Shown here: piece by piece, positions 52,475 to 61,715 of the stretch
How the letters are laid out: each line of letters begins with the position of its first letter
Numbering within the stretch: position 1 is the first letter of the stretch
DNA from: Deltaproteobacteria bacterium
GTDB taxonomy: Bacteria > Myxococcota_A > UBA9160 > SMWR01
DNA: 64,000 bases
Direction of reading: 5' to 3'
Assembly (NCBI GenBank): GCA_032128375.1
Contig: JAQBGU010000095.1
Span: 10,640-74,639 of the forward strand
Program-made: the position numbers and the translations under genes
The notes under the pieces: generated by a model
Database searches by the model: none
Told to the model about the DNA's origin: nothing
The model's input: the letters and a program-made list of their open reading frames with translations, nothing else

Positions 52475-53713
52475 TTAGCGCAGCTGGCCCGACGAATATC
52501 CGAGAATTCGCCGAGCCACGATGAGCTGGTTGATCTGTTGGGTACCTTCATAAATGTCGTTGATCTTGGCATCGCGCATCCACTTCTCGACCATCAGTTT
52601 GCGCGAGTACCCCGGTGGACCGAGGATTTCAACCGCTTTCTGAGTGATTTGCGTGACGACGAGGCCGGCCTTCGCCTTGGCCATCGAGGCTTCGAGGCTG
52701 TTGGGGATGCCGCGCGTCATCATGCTGGCGGCCCGCCAGGTCAGTAGCCGCGCTGCCTGAAGTTGGGCTTCCATCTCCATCACATCGCGTTCGATACCAC
52801 GCAGGTCGTATCGTGGTGCATCGTACCTTACGAGGATTCCCTCGCGCGCGAGTTCTTCTTTGACAAAATCGAGCGACGCGCGTCCAACACCGACAGCCAT
52901 TGCGGCGACGATGGGTCTGCTGGCGTCGAAAGTCGCCATCGCGCCTTTGAATCCCAGTTTGCCAGCGCGAGCCGCTGAACCCGATTTGCGCTGCTTGACG
53001 GTTTCTTCGCCGAGCAGGTTCTCGCGCGGGACGCGACAATCCTCGAAGATCAGTGTGGCCGTATCCGACGCTCGGATTCCGAGCTTCCGTTCGAGTCCGA
53101 CCAGTTTCATCCCAGGCGTGCCCGCTGGGACGACGAACGACTTGATTCCGGCGCGCCCAGCACTGCGATCGAGTGTCGCCCACACGACGACGAAGCCGCC
53201 CTCGGCTGTCGATGCGCCTTCGCCCGCCGTGCAGAAAATCTTCGTTCCATTCAACACCCAATGGTCGCCGTCGAGTTTCGCAGTGGTGTCGATCGCCGCT
53301 GCATCGGAACCCGCCCCGGGCTCTGTGATCGCCATCGCGCCCCAGCACGGTGTACCCTCGGGATCGTTGAAGCGTGAGAGAAAGCGCTCGCGTTGTTCCG
53401 GGCTACCCGCGGCCGATACCGCCGACCCGCCGAGCGCAGGCGTGGGCATCCGCAAGTAGAGTCCGGCATCTCCCCAACAGAGTTCTTCGGCCTGGACGCA
53501 GACCCGCACGAATCCGTCGCTTGCCCCACCGACCGGTCCATCTTGCGGGCCCTTGCGACCGTGCTTCCAGAAGAAGTCGACCCACTCCTGCGGGAATGCG
53601 TGCTCGTCTTCGTCGTACTTGCGCGAGATCGGGCGCATCTGGTCCCGCGCTACGTCGTGGTAGTAGGCGCGCGCATGCAGTGTGTTCTCGGTCAGATCGA
53701 ATGAAATGGCCAC
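52475..53713 (-). CDS. Acyl-CoA dehydrogenase
   Basis: MAITEPGAGSD, NGTKIF, KLGIRASDT, RDAKINDIYEGTQQI. Confidence 0.94.
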   Translation of the reverse strand: MAISFDLTENTLHARAYYHDVARDQMRPISRKYDEDEHAFPQEWVDFFWKHGRKGPQDGPVGGASDGFVRVCVQAEELCWGDAGLYLRMPTPALGGSAVSAAGSPEQRERFLSRFNDPEGTPCWGAMAITEPGAGSDAAAIDTTAKLDGDHWVLNGTKIFCTAGEGASTAEGGFVVVWATLDRSAGRAGIKSFVVPAGTPGMKLVGLERKLGIRASDTATLIFEDCRVPRENLLGEETVKQRKSGSAARAGKLGFKGAMATFDASRPIVAAMAVGVGRASLDFVKEELAREGILVRYDAPRYDLRGIERDVMEMEAQLQAARLLTWRAASMMTRGIPNSLEASMAKAKAGLVVTQITQKAVEILGPPGYSRKLMVEKWMRDAKINDIYEGTQQINQLIVARRILGYSSGQLR

Positions 53714-53722
53714 AGCCCCTCC

Positions 53723-54811
53723 TCAGACCAGTGTGAGCGCTTCGAACGATGCGTACCCGCGGGCGTTTCGTAGATGCAGCTCCGGCAGGTACTCGCGGAT
53801 ATAGCCGTGGCCTCCCAATACCTGGACCGCACCATCTGCCACTTCGAGTGCCACGCGTTGTACCTGAGCGTAGGCGAGTGTCGCTTCGCGTGTGACCGTG
53901 TCACCTCGATCGAGCTTCCAGGCGGCCTCCCAGACGAGCAGTCGCGCGCCGTCGATTTCGATCGCCATATCGGCGAGCTTGAACGCGATGGCCTGTTTGG
54001 TGGCAATCGGTGAGCCGAAGGCTTCGCGTTGTTTCGCGTAGTCTCGGGCGATCTCGTACGCCGCTCGGGCGACACCGATCGCAGTCGCCGCCAAACCGAC
54101 ACGGCCACGGTTGATCAGTGAACGCACCGAGCGATCGTCGTCCGGGCCGAGCATGGCATCTGAGGGCACACAGACGCTCTCGAGCGCCAATTCGACTGTA
54201 GGCAGCGCATCGATTCCCATATTCCTTTCAGCTGTCGTAGTCAGCCCGTCGGTATCGCGTGGGATCAAGAAGGGACGAGGTCCATTGTCTGTAGCGGCTA
54301 TCACGATCACGTGTGTGCCGCCCTCGATCCACGGAACGAAGCACTTCGATCCATCGAGCGAGAAGCCTCCGTCTGTTGGTCGAGCGCGCGTTTTGGGAGC
54401 GAGGGGATCGCACCGCATGTGGGGTTCGACCACGGCGAGAGCGCCCGGGACGAATCGCGAACTCGTGAAGGCTGGCAGGTGGCCGCGCTTCTGGGCCTCG
54501 CTTCCCAGGTCGTCGACGGGTAGCGCGATCAGCGATGGTGAGAGGATGGCCAGTGCCAGGGCGAGGTCAGCGCACGCCAGTTCTTCCGCGATCAAACAAC
54601 CCGTCACCGCGCTGCGCTCTCCCCCACCCCCGTGCGACTCGCTGATCGAGCCCGCAATCAAGCCGAGTTCGTGAGCTTGCGCGAGTACTTTGGAAGGGAG
54701 TTCCCGCGATTCGGAGCAGGCTCGTGCGATCGGCCGAAGCTCGTTGGCGGCGAACTGGCGGACCGTTTCGACAATGAGTTGCTGCTCTTCAGTCGGTTGG
54801 AAATCGATCAA
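53723..54811 (-). CDS. Acyl-CoA dehydrogenase-like protein, degenerate and C-terminally short
   Basis: YAKQREAFG, QAIAFKLADM, VQVLGGHGYIRE; lacks TEP.GSD and the YEGT motif. Confidence 0.88.
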   Translation of the reverse strand: MIDFQPTEEQQLIVETVRQFAANELRPIARACSESRELPSKVLAQAHELGLIAGSISESHGGGGERSAVTGCLIAEELACADLALALAILSPSLIALPVDDLGSEAQKRGHLPAFTSSRFVPGALAVVEPHMRCDPLAPKTRARPTDGGFSLDGSKCFVPWIEGGTHVIVIAATDNGPRPFLIPRDTDGLTTTAERNMGIDALPTVELALESVCVPSDAMLGPDDDRSVRSLINRGRVGLAATAIGVARAAYEIARDYAKQREAFGSPIATKQAIAFKLADMAIEIDGARLLVWEAAWKLDRGDTVTREATLAYAQVQRVALEVADGAVQVLGGHGYIREYLPELHLRNARGYASFEALTLV

Positions 54812-54863
54812 AAAATCTCGCGGGTTGCGCGCGCTGTCTTGAATAGTCTGTTCTTGTTGCTCT

Positions 54864-54899
54864 TGAATCTGCTGAATCTGCTGAATCTGCTGAATGTGC
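54864..54899. repeat. 9-bp tandem repeat (TGAATCTGC x4, last copy imperfect)
   Basis: Read directly, upstream of the acyl-CoA dehydrogenase pair. Confidence 0.85.
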
Positions 54900-55395
54900 T
54901 GGAGAAGAGCTTGAATTTGCTAGCGAAATCAGGATTGCAGCTTATCAGCTCGAAGTCGGGTGCGCATCGAAGGCCTTGTAGAGGGAATACAGTACAGAAC
55001 GGGTGAATCAAAGATTAGAACATAGTTTGTGCATTCGATTCGCTCGCCAGCTCGATTCCCGATCCAGAATCCGCGCCTATGAGGGAGCCGAAAACCCAGG
55101 AATTACGGGCATGACGATCGAATCTGAACGGGCTTGCCTTGACTCGATGGGTCTTCCGTAGTATTCCACCGCGCGTCGGCAAACCCAATTTGGGATCGCT
55201 CTGACGTTTCCATTGCGGCTTTTTTGCGTTCTCGTTCCCAGTGCCCTCGAACTCGAGTTGGGGTGGGGCTGGCGGCCAGCGGTCAGCGAGGCGTCTTGTT
55301 TTCTTCAATGATTGTGCAGGATCGTCGAGTCACGGCGGTCGACCATCGGACCCGATACCGCCTCTGACACCCCAAGGGGGCTTGCAGTTCGCGAA

Positions 55396-56115
55396 ATGAG
55401 CACGAATCGAACAAGCCTCACAATTGGACTCGCGCTCGCGTTGTCGCTGGGATCAATGCCTGGCGTCCCGCGGACCGCATCGGCTGAAGCGAGTAGTGCC
55501 CTGACGGCGCGAAGTGTCTGCGAGGCTCATGAACTTCGGGCGCTCAAGGAGGCTGACCCCCATCTCGAGATTTCGATCCCCAAGGAATTCGCCACTCCGT
55601 GGCCCAGCCGGTCCGCGTGTCAGTCTCACGAAGCCGCTCTCGACGAGGATACTCCGGGGCTCGTTCAGCCGATTCCGTTCAGTCACAAGCATCACGCCGG
55701 CGAGTTCGGCATCGACTGCCAGTACTGTCATTCCGGAACCGATCGTTCGCCATCGGCCGGAGTTCCTTCGGTGGAAGTCTGCATGGGCTGCCACAGTCAG
55801 TTTCCCGTCAGCTACGACGAATTGTCCGGGATTCGCACGCTGAAGGAACATTGGGAGAACAAGACCACCATCGAATGGGAACAGGTCCATCGTCTCCCCG
55901 AATACGTGCAGTTCCGGCACAACCGCCACATCAAGGCAGGGCTCGAGTGCCAGCGCTGCCACGGTCGCGTCGAGGAGCAAGATAAGGTCGTCATGCAAGA
56001 GGACACGGAGTGGTGGCCCTGGGGGTTGCCGACCGAGACCCTCGAGATGGGATGGTGCGTCACTTGCCACCGCGAAGAGCAAGCCTCACAGGACTGTTAC
56101 ACCTGTCATTACTAG
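55396..56115 (+). CDS. actA: Alternative complex III pentaheme cytochrome c subunit
   Basis: QPIPFSHKHHAG, five CxxCH motifs, HRLPEYVQFRH, LEMGWC; first gene of the operon. Confidence 0.9.
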   Translation: MSTNRTSLTIGLALALSLGSMPGVPRTASAEASSALTARSVCEAHELRALKEADPHLEISIPKEFATPWPSRSACQSHEAALDEDTPGLVQPIPFSHKHHAGEFGIDCQYCHSGTDRSPSAGVPSVEVCMGCHSQFPVSYDELSGIRTLKEHWENKTTIEWEQVHRLPEYVQFRHNRHIKAGLECQRCHGRVEEQDKVVMQEDTEWWPWGLPTETLEMGWCVTCHREEQASQDCYTCHY

Positions 56116-56148
56116 TTCGCAGTGACCGGACCAGGGAATAAAGAATCC

Positions 56149-59100
56149 ATGCCCGAGATCGATCGTCGCAATTTTCTGAAGCTCGTCGGTGTCAGCGCTG
56201 GCGCAGCTGCGGCCAGTGGATGCTCGGATCCGGTCGAAAAGCTCATTCCCTACGTCGTCCAGCCCGAGGTAATTACCCCCGGCCTGGCGGTGATCTACGC
56301 ATCTACTTGTCAGGAGTGTCCGGTTGGTTGCGGGCTGCACGTGCGAACGCGCGAAGGCCGACCGATCAAACTCGAAGGCAACCCGAACCATCCGGTAAAT
56401 CAGGGATCGCTATGCGCGCGGGGGCAAGCGGGCCTCGGTCGAACCTATCTGCCCGATCGCTATCCGGGTCCGATGCAGCGCCAGGAGGATGGCGGGTATG
56501 TGCCGATCAGCTGGCCCGAAGCTCACGCGCTGCTCGCAAAGAAGCTCGGGAAGTCGCGCGGTCGGACGCGGATGCTCAGCGGCGTGACCGGTCCGACGCT
56601 CACAGCCTTGATCGACACCTGGATGAATGCGGTGAGTGCGGGCGAGCGTGTCGTCTACGAACCGTTCGACTACTCCGCATTGAAGGAAGCCTCGCGCTCA
56701 GTCTTTGGGGCCTCCAGCACGCCGGTTTTCGACCTGTCGAAGAGCGACTTCATAATCGATTTCGGATCCGATTTCCTGGAGAGTTGGGTGTCGCCGCTCG
56801 TTCACGGTCGCCAGCTCGCGGAGGCGCGCTCCATCACGGACCATCCAGGCGGAGGCGCATCGCTTGTCTATGTTGGTGCGCGGCTGAGCATGACCGCTGG
56901 AAACGCGGATGAATGGTTGCCCGCGAAGCCGGGAACCGAGGGGATTCTGGCGCTCGGTATCGCGAAGGCGGCGCTCGACCACGCCACTTCGACCGGTGTT
57001 CCGGTACCCGCGGCCTCTGTCGTCGCTGACCTGCTCGGAAAGTACGGAGCGACCTCGGTTTCATCGATTACCGAGGTACCGGCAGCTGCGATCAAGCGCT
57101 TGGGCCGGAAGCTGCTCGACGCGAAGGCCCCCGTTGCAATGCCACCGGGAATCGCAGTCTTGACCGAGAACGCGGTTGCGACGACATCCGCGGTGCTGAT
57201 CCTCAATGCGGTCATCGGGGCGATTGGCAAAACAGTGCTCGTAACCCCGGAAACGCCGGCGCCTGGACAGGTCGGCAACTACAACGAAGTCGCGTCGCTG
57301 GTGAAATCGATGCAGGCCGGCAAAGTCGGTGTGCTGATCATCCACGGCTCGAATCCCGTCTACTCCATGCCCGCGGCATCGGGCTTCAATGCAGCCTTGG
57401 CAAAGGTGGATTTCGTCGTTTCGACCGCCTCCGACCCCGACGAGACCAGCCAGAGCGCTCATTTGATTCTGCCCGATCACACTCCGATGGAGTCGTGGGG
57501 GGACCACGCGGGGCATCCGGGCGTGCGCTCGTTGGTTCAGCCGACGATTCGGCCGCTCCACGACACCCAGGCTTTCGGCGATACGTTGATCGAGACCGCC
57601 AAGGCGATGGGAAGTGACACTCAGGTACTTGGAAGCGATGTCGACTCGAAGATGCCCACCACCAGCTTCCGCGAGGTGCTCGAGCAGGCCTGGTCCGATA
57701 CCGATTTCCGCGCAGCGCTTGCCGCCGGCGGGGTGTTTTCCAACGAGTCGCCCGGTGGTCATGCCGTCGTTGCACCCGAAGCGGCAAACCTGACATTCCG
57801 CGAGACCCGCCTGCAGGGGGATGGGCTCACGCTGTTGCCCATTCCGTCTCCGCTGCTGTCCGACGGGCGTGGCGCGAATCTGCCCTGGCTGCAGGAGACG
57901 CCCGACCCGGTCATGAAGGTCACCTGGCAGTCTTGGGCAGAAATCAGCAAAAACACGGCCGCCACGCTAGGCGTCGAGTACGGGGATGTGATTTCTGTCC
58001 AGACGCGCGCGGGAAATATCGAACTGCCGGTCCTGCCGCGCGGCGGCATCCGCGATGATGTGATCGCGATTGCGATCGGACAGGGACACAGCGTTGGATG
58101 GTACGCTTCGAAGACCGAAGGCGGGTCGCCTGACGGTGTTCGCGGTGTGAGTGTCATCTCGATTCTACCCGCTGTGACCGACGAGGCTGGTGGGCGAGCG
58201 TGGCTGACCACGAAAGCGCAGGTTCGAGCAACCGGCGCACATCGGCGGATTCCGAAGACGCAGGAATTCGACAACAAGCGCGGCCGCGAACTGGGCGACG
58301 CGATTTCGCTCGTCGCGCTTGCTCGAGCGAGTGAGCACGGCGGCGGAGACCCTGGTGCAGGTCACGGTGCAGCCCAGGGCGAAAGCCATGAGATGATCGT
58401 CCCCTACGACCCGGTGAATGACAGCGCCGAGGACAGCCCCTACCGCTGGGGTATGACCATCGACCTCGATCGGTGTAACGGCTGCAGTGCGTGCATCGTC
58501 GCCTGCTCGATCGAGAACAATGTCGTCACCGTAGGCGAAGAACAAGTGTTGCTCGATCGCCAGATGCAGTGGATCCGGATCGAGCGCTATATCGGACCGG
58601 GCGATCAGGAGTTTCGGACCGGTCGGAACCTCCCCACCGACCACGAAGAACTCGGCAACACCGATGTGCGACATTCGCCGATGATGTGCCAGCAGTGCGG
58701 CGCCGCGCCGTGCGAGCCCGTGTGTCCTGTCTTCGCGACCTATCACAACCCGGAAGGGTTGAACGGGATGATCTACAACCGCTGCATCGGCACCCGCTAC
58801 TGCTCGAACAACTGCCCCTACAAGGTGCGCCGCTACAACTGGTTCGATTACGCGATCGAGAACATCCCCGAGCCGTTGAACCTGATGACCAACCCGGACG
58901 TCACGGTTCGCGGCCAAGGTGTGATGGAAAAGTGCACGTTCTGTATTCAGAGAATCGAAAATGGTCGACAGCTAGCCAAAGACGAGGGGCGTCCGATCGC
59001 AGACGGTGAAGTCACACCCGCTTGCGCGCAGACCTGCCCCACGCGAGCGATTACGTTTGGCAACCTGAAGGACACGAAGAGCTTGGTGGTGAAGCGAGCC

Positions 59101-59208
59101 GACGCGAGTAAGGCACGTTCCTACCGCGCGCTCCAGGTACTGAACACACGCCCGTCCATCGCGTACCTCAAGAAGGTTACGCGCGGCCCCAAGGGGATGG
59201 AAGGATGA
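56149..59208 (+). CDS. actB: Alternative complex III ActB (molybdopterin-oxidoreductase-like plus Fe-S domain)
   Basis: Tat signal DRRNFLK with lipobox SGC; WLQETPDP; WGMTIDLDRCNGCSAC, CIGTRYCSNNCPYK, GVMEKCTFC. Confidence 0.92.
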   Translation: MPEIDRRNFLKLVGVSAGAAAASGCSDPVEKLIPYVVQPEVITPGLAVIYASTCQECPVGCGLHVRTREGRPIKLEGNPNHPVNQGSLCARGQAGLGRTYLPDRYPGPMQRQEDGGYVPISWPEAHALLAKKLGKSRGRTRMLSGVTGPTLTALIDTWMNAVSAGERVVYEPFDYSALKEASRSVFGASSTPVFDLSKSDFIIDFGSDFLESWVSPLVHGRQLAEARSITDHPGGGASLVYVGARLSMTAGNADEWLPAKPGTEGILALGIAKAALDHATSTGVPVPAASVVADLLGKYGATSVSSITEVPAAAIKRLGRKLLDAKAPVAMPPGIAVLTENAVATTSAVLILNAVIGAIGKTVLVTPETPAPGQVGNYNEVASLVKSMQAGKVGVLIIHGSNPVYSMPAASGFNAALAKVDFVVSTASDPDETSQSAHLILPDHTPMESWGDHAGHPGVRSLVQPTIRPLHDTQAFGDTLIETAKAMGSDTQVLGSDVDSKMPTTSFREVLEQAWSDTDFRAALAAGGVFSNESPGGHAVVAPEAANLTFRETRLQGDGLTLLPIPSPLLSDGRGANLPWLQETPDPVMKVTWQSWAEISKNTAATLGVEYGDVISVQTRAGNIELPVLPRGGIRDDVIAIAIGQGHSVGWYASKTEGGSPDGVRGVSVISILPAVTDEAGGRAWLTTKAQVRATGAHRRIPKTQEFDNKRGRELGDAISLVALARASEHGGGDPGAGHGAAQGESHEMIVPYDPVNDSAEDSPYRWGMTIDLDRCNGCSACIVACSIENNVVTVGEEQVLLDRQMQWIRIERYIGPGDQEFRTGRNLPTDHEELGNTDVRHSPMMCQQCGAAPCEPVCPVFATYHNPEGLNGMIYNRCIGTRYCSNNCPYKVRRYNWFDYAIENIPEPLNLMTNPDVTVRGQGVMEKCTFCIQRIENGRQLAKDEGRPIADGEVTPACAQTCPTRAITFGNLKDTKSLVVKRADASKARSYRALQVLNTRPSIAYLKKVTRGPKGMEG

Positions 59209-60590
59209 CGCCGCCGCCCGCTGCTTCCGTCGCTGCAATGATTCGGCCCGTTCCGCGCGCGAAAGAGTCCGCGACCAATCGCGACATCCTCGCCGTGATG
59301 GACGGCGCTCCGCTCGGCTATTGGCTCCTGTTGCTATTGAGCGTGGGCCTGATGATGCTGGCCGCAGCGATCTGGGTCTATCAGGTCTACAAGGGCCTCG
59401 GCATCGCGGGCTATGCGCACCCGGTCTTCTGGGGTGTGTACATCGTCACCTTCGTGTTCTGGGTCGGAATCGCGCACGCCGGTACGTTGATTTCCGCGAT
59501 CCTGTTTCTGTTCCGCGCAAAATGGCGTAACGCGATCAATCGCGGCGCCGAGGCGATGACCGTTTTTGCGGTTCTGACCGCCGGGCTGTTCCTCGGGATC
59601 CACGTTGGCCGGATGTGGAAGTCCTATTTCATCTTGCCGTATCCCAACCAGCGCGGGCTGTGGGTCAACTTCAAGAGCCCACTGCTGTGGGACACCTTCG
59701 CGATCACCACCTATGCGACGATTTCAATCCTGTTCCTGTTCGTCGGACTGATCCCTGACCTCGCAATTGCCCGCGACCGTGCCAGCGGCTGGAAGAAGGT
59801 GCTGTACAGCATTCTCGCGCTGGGTTGGCAGGGATCGTCCGGCCAGTGGAAATCGCACAATCGCTCCGTGCTGCACCTGTCGGGTCTCGCGACGCCGCTG
59901 GTGCTATCCGTGCACAGTGTTGTGTCCTGGGACTTTGCCGTGTCGATCGTGCCCGGCTGGCACACGACGATTTTCGCGCCCTATTTTGTAGCCGGCGCAA
60001 TTTTTTCCGGCTTCGCGATGGTGCTCACGCTGATGATTCCGATTCGGCGGATCTTCAACCTCGAGGCTTACATAACCGACTATCACTTCGAGAACATGTC
60101 GAGGTTCATCTTATTGACCTCGATCATCGTCGGTTACGCGTACATCTCGGAGTACTTCATCGCGTGGTATAGCGGGGTCGAACCGGAGCAGACCGCATTC
60201 TGGTTGCGCGCCTTCGGGCCGTATTGGATCTCGACCTGGATCATGATCATCTGCAACAGTGTGTTGCCCCAGCTGCTGTGGTTCCGGAAGCTGCGCGTCA
60301 ATATTCCGTTCTTGTTCGTGTTGTCGGTCTTCATCAATATCGGCATGTGGTTCGAGCGCTACGTCATCATCATTTCTGGCTTGTCTCGCGAGTACGTTCC
60401 CGCGGTCTGGGGAGTCTTCGTGCCGAGTTGGCCCGAGATGGGGATCCTGGCGGGTAGCTTCGGCTTCTTCTGCACATTTTTTCTGATCTTCCTGAAGCTC
60501 TTTCCGATTGTCGCGATCGCAGAAATGAAGGAAATCGCGATTCACGAAAAGGCGCATGCCGCCGATCTTTCAGCCGAAGGAGCCCATTGA
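59205..60590 (+). CDS. actC: Alternative complex III ActC (NrfD/PsrC family)
   Basis: FVFWVGIAHAGTLISAIL, LATPLVLSVHSVVS.DF, GWHTTIF.PYFVAGAIFSG, GMWFER. Confidence 0.94.
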   Translation: MTPPPAASVAAMIRPVPRAKESATNRDILAVMDGAPLGYWLLLLLSVGLMMLAAAIWVYQVYKGLGIAGYAHPVFWGVYIVTFVFWVGIAHAGTLISAILFLFRAKWRNAINRGAEAMTVFAVLTAGLFLGIHVGRMWKSYFILPYPNQRGLWVNFKSPLLWDTFAITTYATISILFLFVGLIPDLAIARDRASGWKKVLYSILALGWQGSSGQWKSHNRSVLHLSGLATPLVLSVHSVVSWDFAVSIVPGWHTTIFAPYFVAGAIFSGFAMVLTLMIPIRRIFNLEAYITDYHFENMSRFILLTSIIVGYAYISEYFIAWYSGVEPEQTAFWLRAFGPYWISTWIMIICNSVLPQLLWFRKLRVNIPFLFVLSVFINIGMWFERYVIIISGLSREYVPAVWGVFVPSWPEMGILAGSFGFFCTFFLIFLKLFPIVAIAEMKEIAIHEKAHAADLSAEGAH

Positions 60591-61093
60591 TGCCGATGGT
60601 GATGGGCATCTACGAACTGCCGGCCCAAGCCGCCGGCGTGGTGACAAAGCTTCGCGGCCGAGGCTTCGTCGATATCGAGACCTACGCACCCGCGCCGTTC
60701 CCCGAGGTCGACGACGCAGTCGACCCGAAGCCGAGCAATGTCCGGCTACTGACTCTGATCGGAGGATTGACTGGCGTCGTCACCGGCTACGCGATGACTG
60801 TCTGGATGTCCAACAACTGGCAGATCCTGGTCGGTGGCAAACCCTACGCATCGATTCCGCCCTACACGATCATCGCGTTCGAGTTGACGATCCTGTTCGC
60901 TGGCCTGTTGACCGTGCTGGGGTTGTTCGTCCACGGCGGGCTCCCGAACTTCAAGAGCAGCAAGGCCTACAGCCTTCGGTTCTCTGCCGAGGATTTCGGT
61001 GTCGTCGTGCGGTGCCAGGATCGCGACGTAGCCGAGGTCGATGCATTGCTGCGCGACTTTGACGCGACGGAGGTCACCCTTGTCGAAGCTTGA
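60590..61093 (+). CDS. actD: Alternative complex III ActD (DUF3341)
   Basis: YAP.PFP, GG.TG, VGGKP, FELTILF; operon position. Confidence 0.9.
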   Translation: MPMVMGIYELPAQAAGVVTKLRGRGFVDIETYAPAPFPEVDDAVDPKPSNVRLLTLIGGLTGVVTGYAMTVWMSNNWQILVGGKPYASIPPYTIIAFELTILFAGLLTVLGLFVHGGLPNFKSSKAYSLRFSAEDFGVVVRCQDRDVAEVDALLRDFDATEVTLVEA

Positions 61094-61715
61094 GACGAGG
61101 CTTGAGACGAAGCATGAGACGAGAGTCTCGGCGAGGCCGCGATCCAGCGTCCGTAACACGCGGTGGATCATTGCTCTGATCTGTCTCTCCATGACTTCGT
61201 CCGTCGGGTGCTGGGAGCAGTGGTCGGTTGACTGGTTCCCTCAGATGAAATGGCAAAAATCCATTCAAGCCTTCGAGCGCGTGGGCTACGAGGGGCAGGT
61301 CGAGGGATTTGTTCCGCCTGAAGGTACGGTTCCGATCGACGGTGGCGAAGCGCCCGTGTCGAACGTGCTCGATTCCGCGTCTGACGGCCTGTTCAACCCA
61401 CGAAGGGCTGGCCTGGAGTCGCTCGCAAACGGCAAGCAGCTCTACGCACGCTACTGCTCGACCTGTCACGGCATGGGCGGGTTGGGTGACGGCCCTGTGA
61501 GCATGACGGGGTCGGTCAATGGGCCGCTCGCGGGCGTTTTGGCCGTCGCCGGGCCGACGAGCATCGCGCGCGTGCGCAGTGACGGCCACATCTACACAAC
61601 GATCCGATACGGCCGGCGCAGGATGCCCGCCTACACGCGAATTCTGTCATCGGACCGCTGGGACATTGTGAACTACGTCCGGTACCTCAACAATCCGAGT
61701 GGGAGTCTCCAGTGA
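61080..61715 (+). CDS. actE: Alternative complex III monoheme lipoprotein ActE
   Basis: GGAGG before TTG 61080; lipobox SVGC; PPEGTVP, CSTCH, MPAY, DRW.IV.YVR. Confidence 0.88.
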   Translation: MSKLETRLETKHETRVSARPRSSVRNTRWIIALICLSMTSSVGCWEQWSVDWFPQMKWQKSIQAFERVGYEGQVEGFVPPEGTVPIDGGEAPVSNVLDSASDGLFNPRRAGLESLANGKQLYARYCSTCHGMGGLGDGPVSMTGSVNGPLAGVLAVAGPTSIARVRSDGHIYTTIRYGRRRMPAYTRILSSDRWDIVNYVRYLNNPSGSLQ

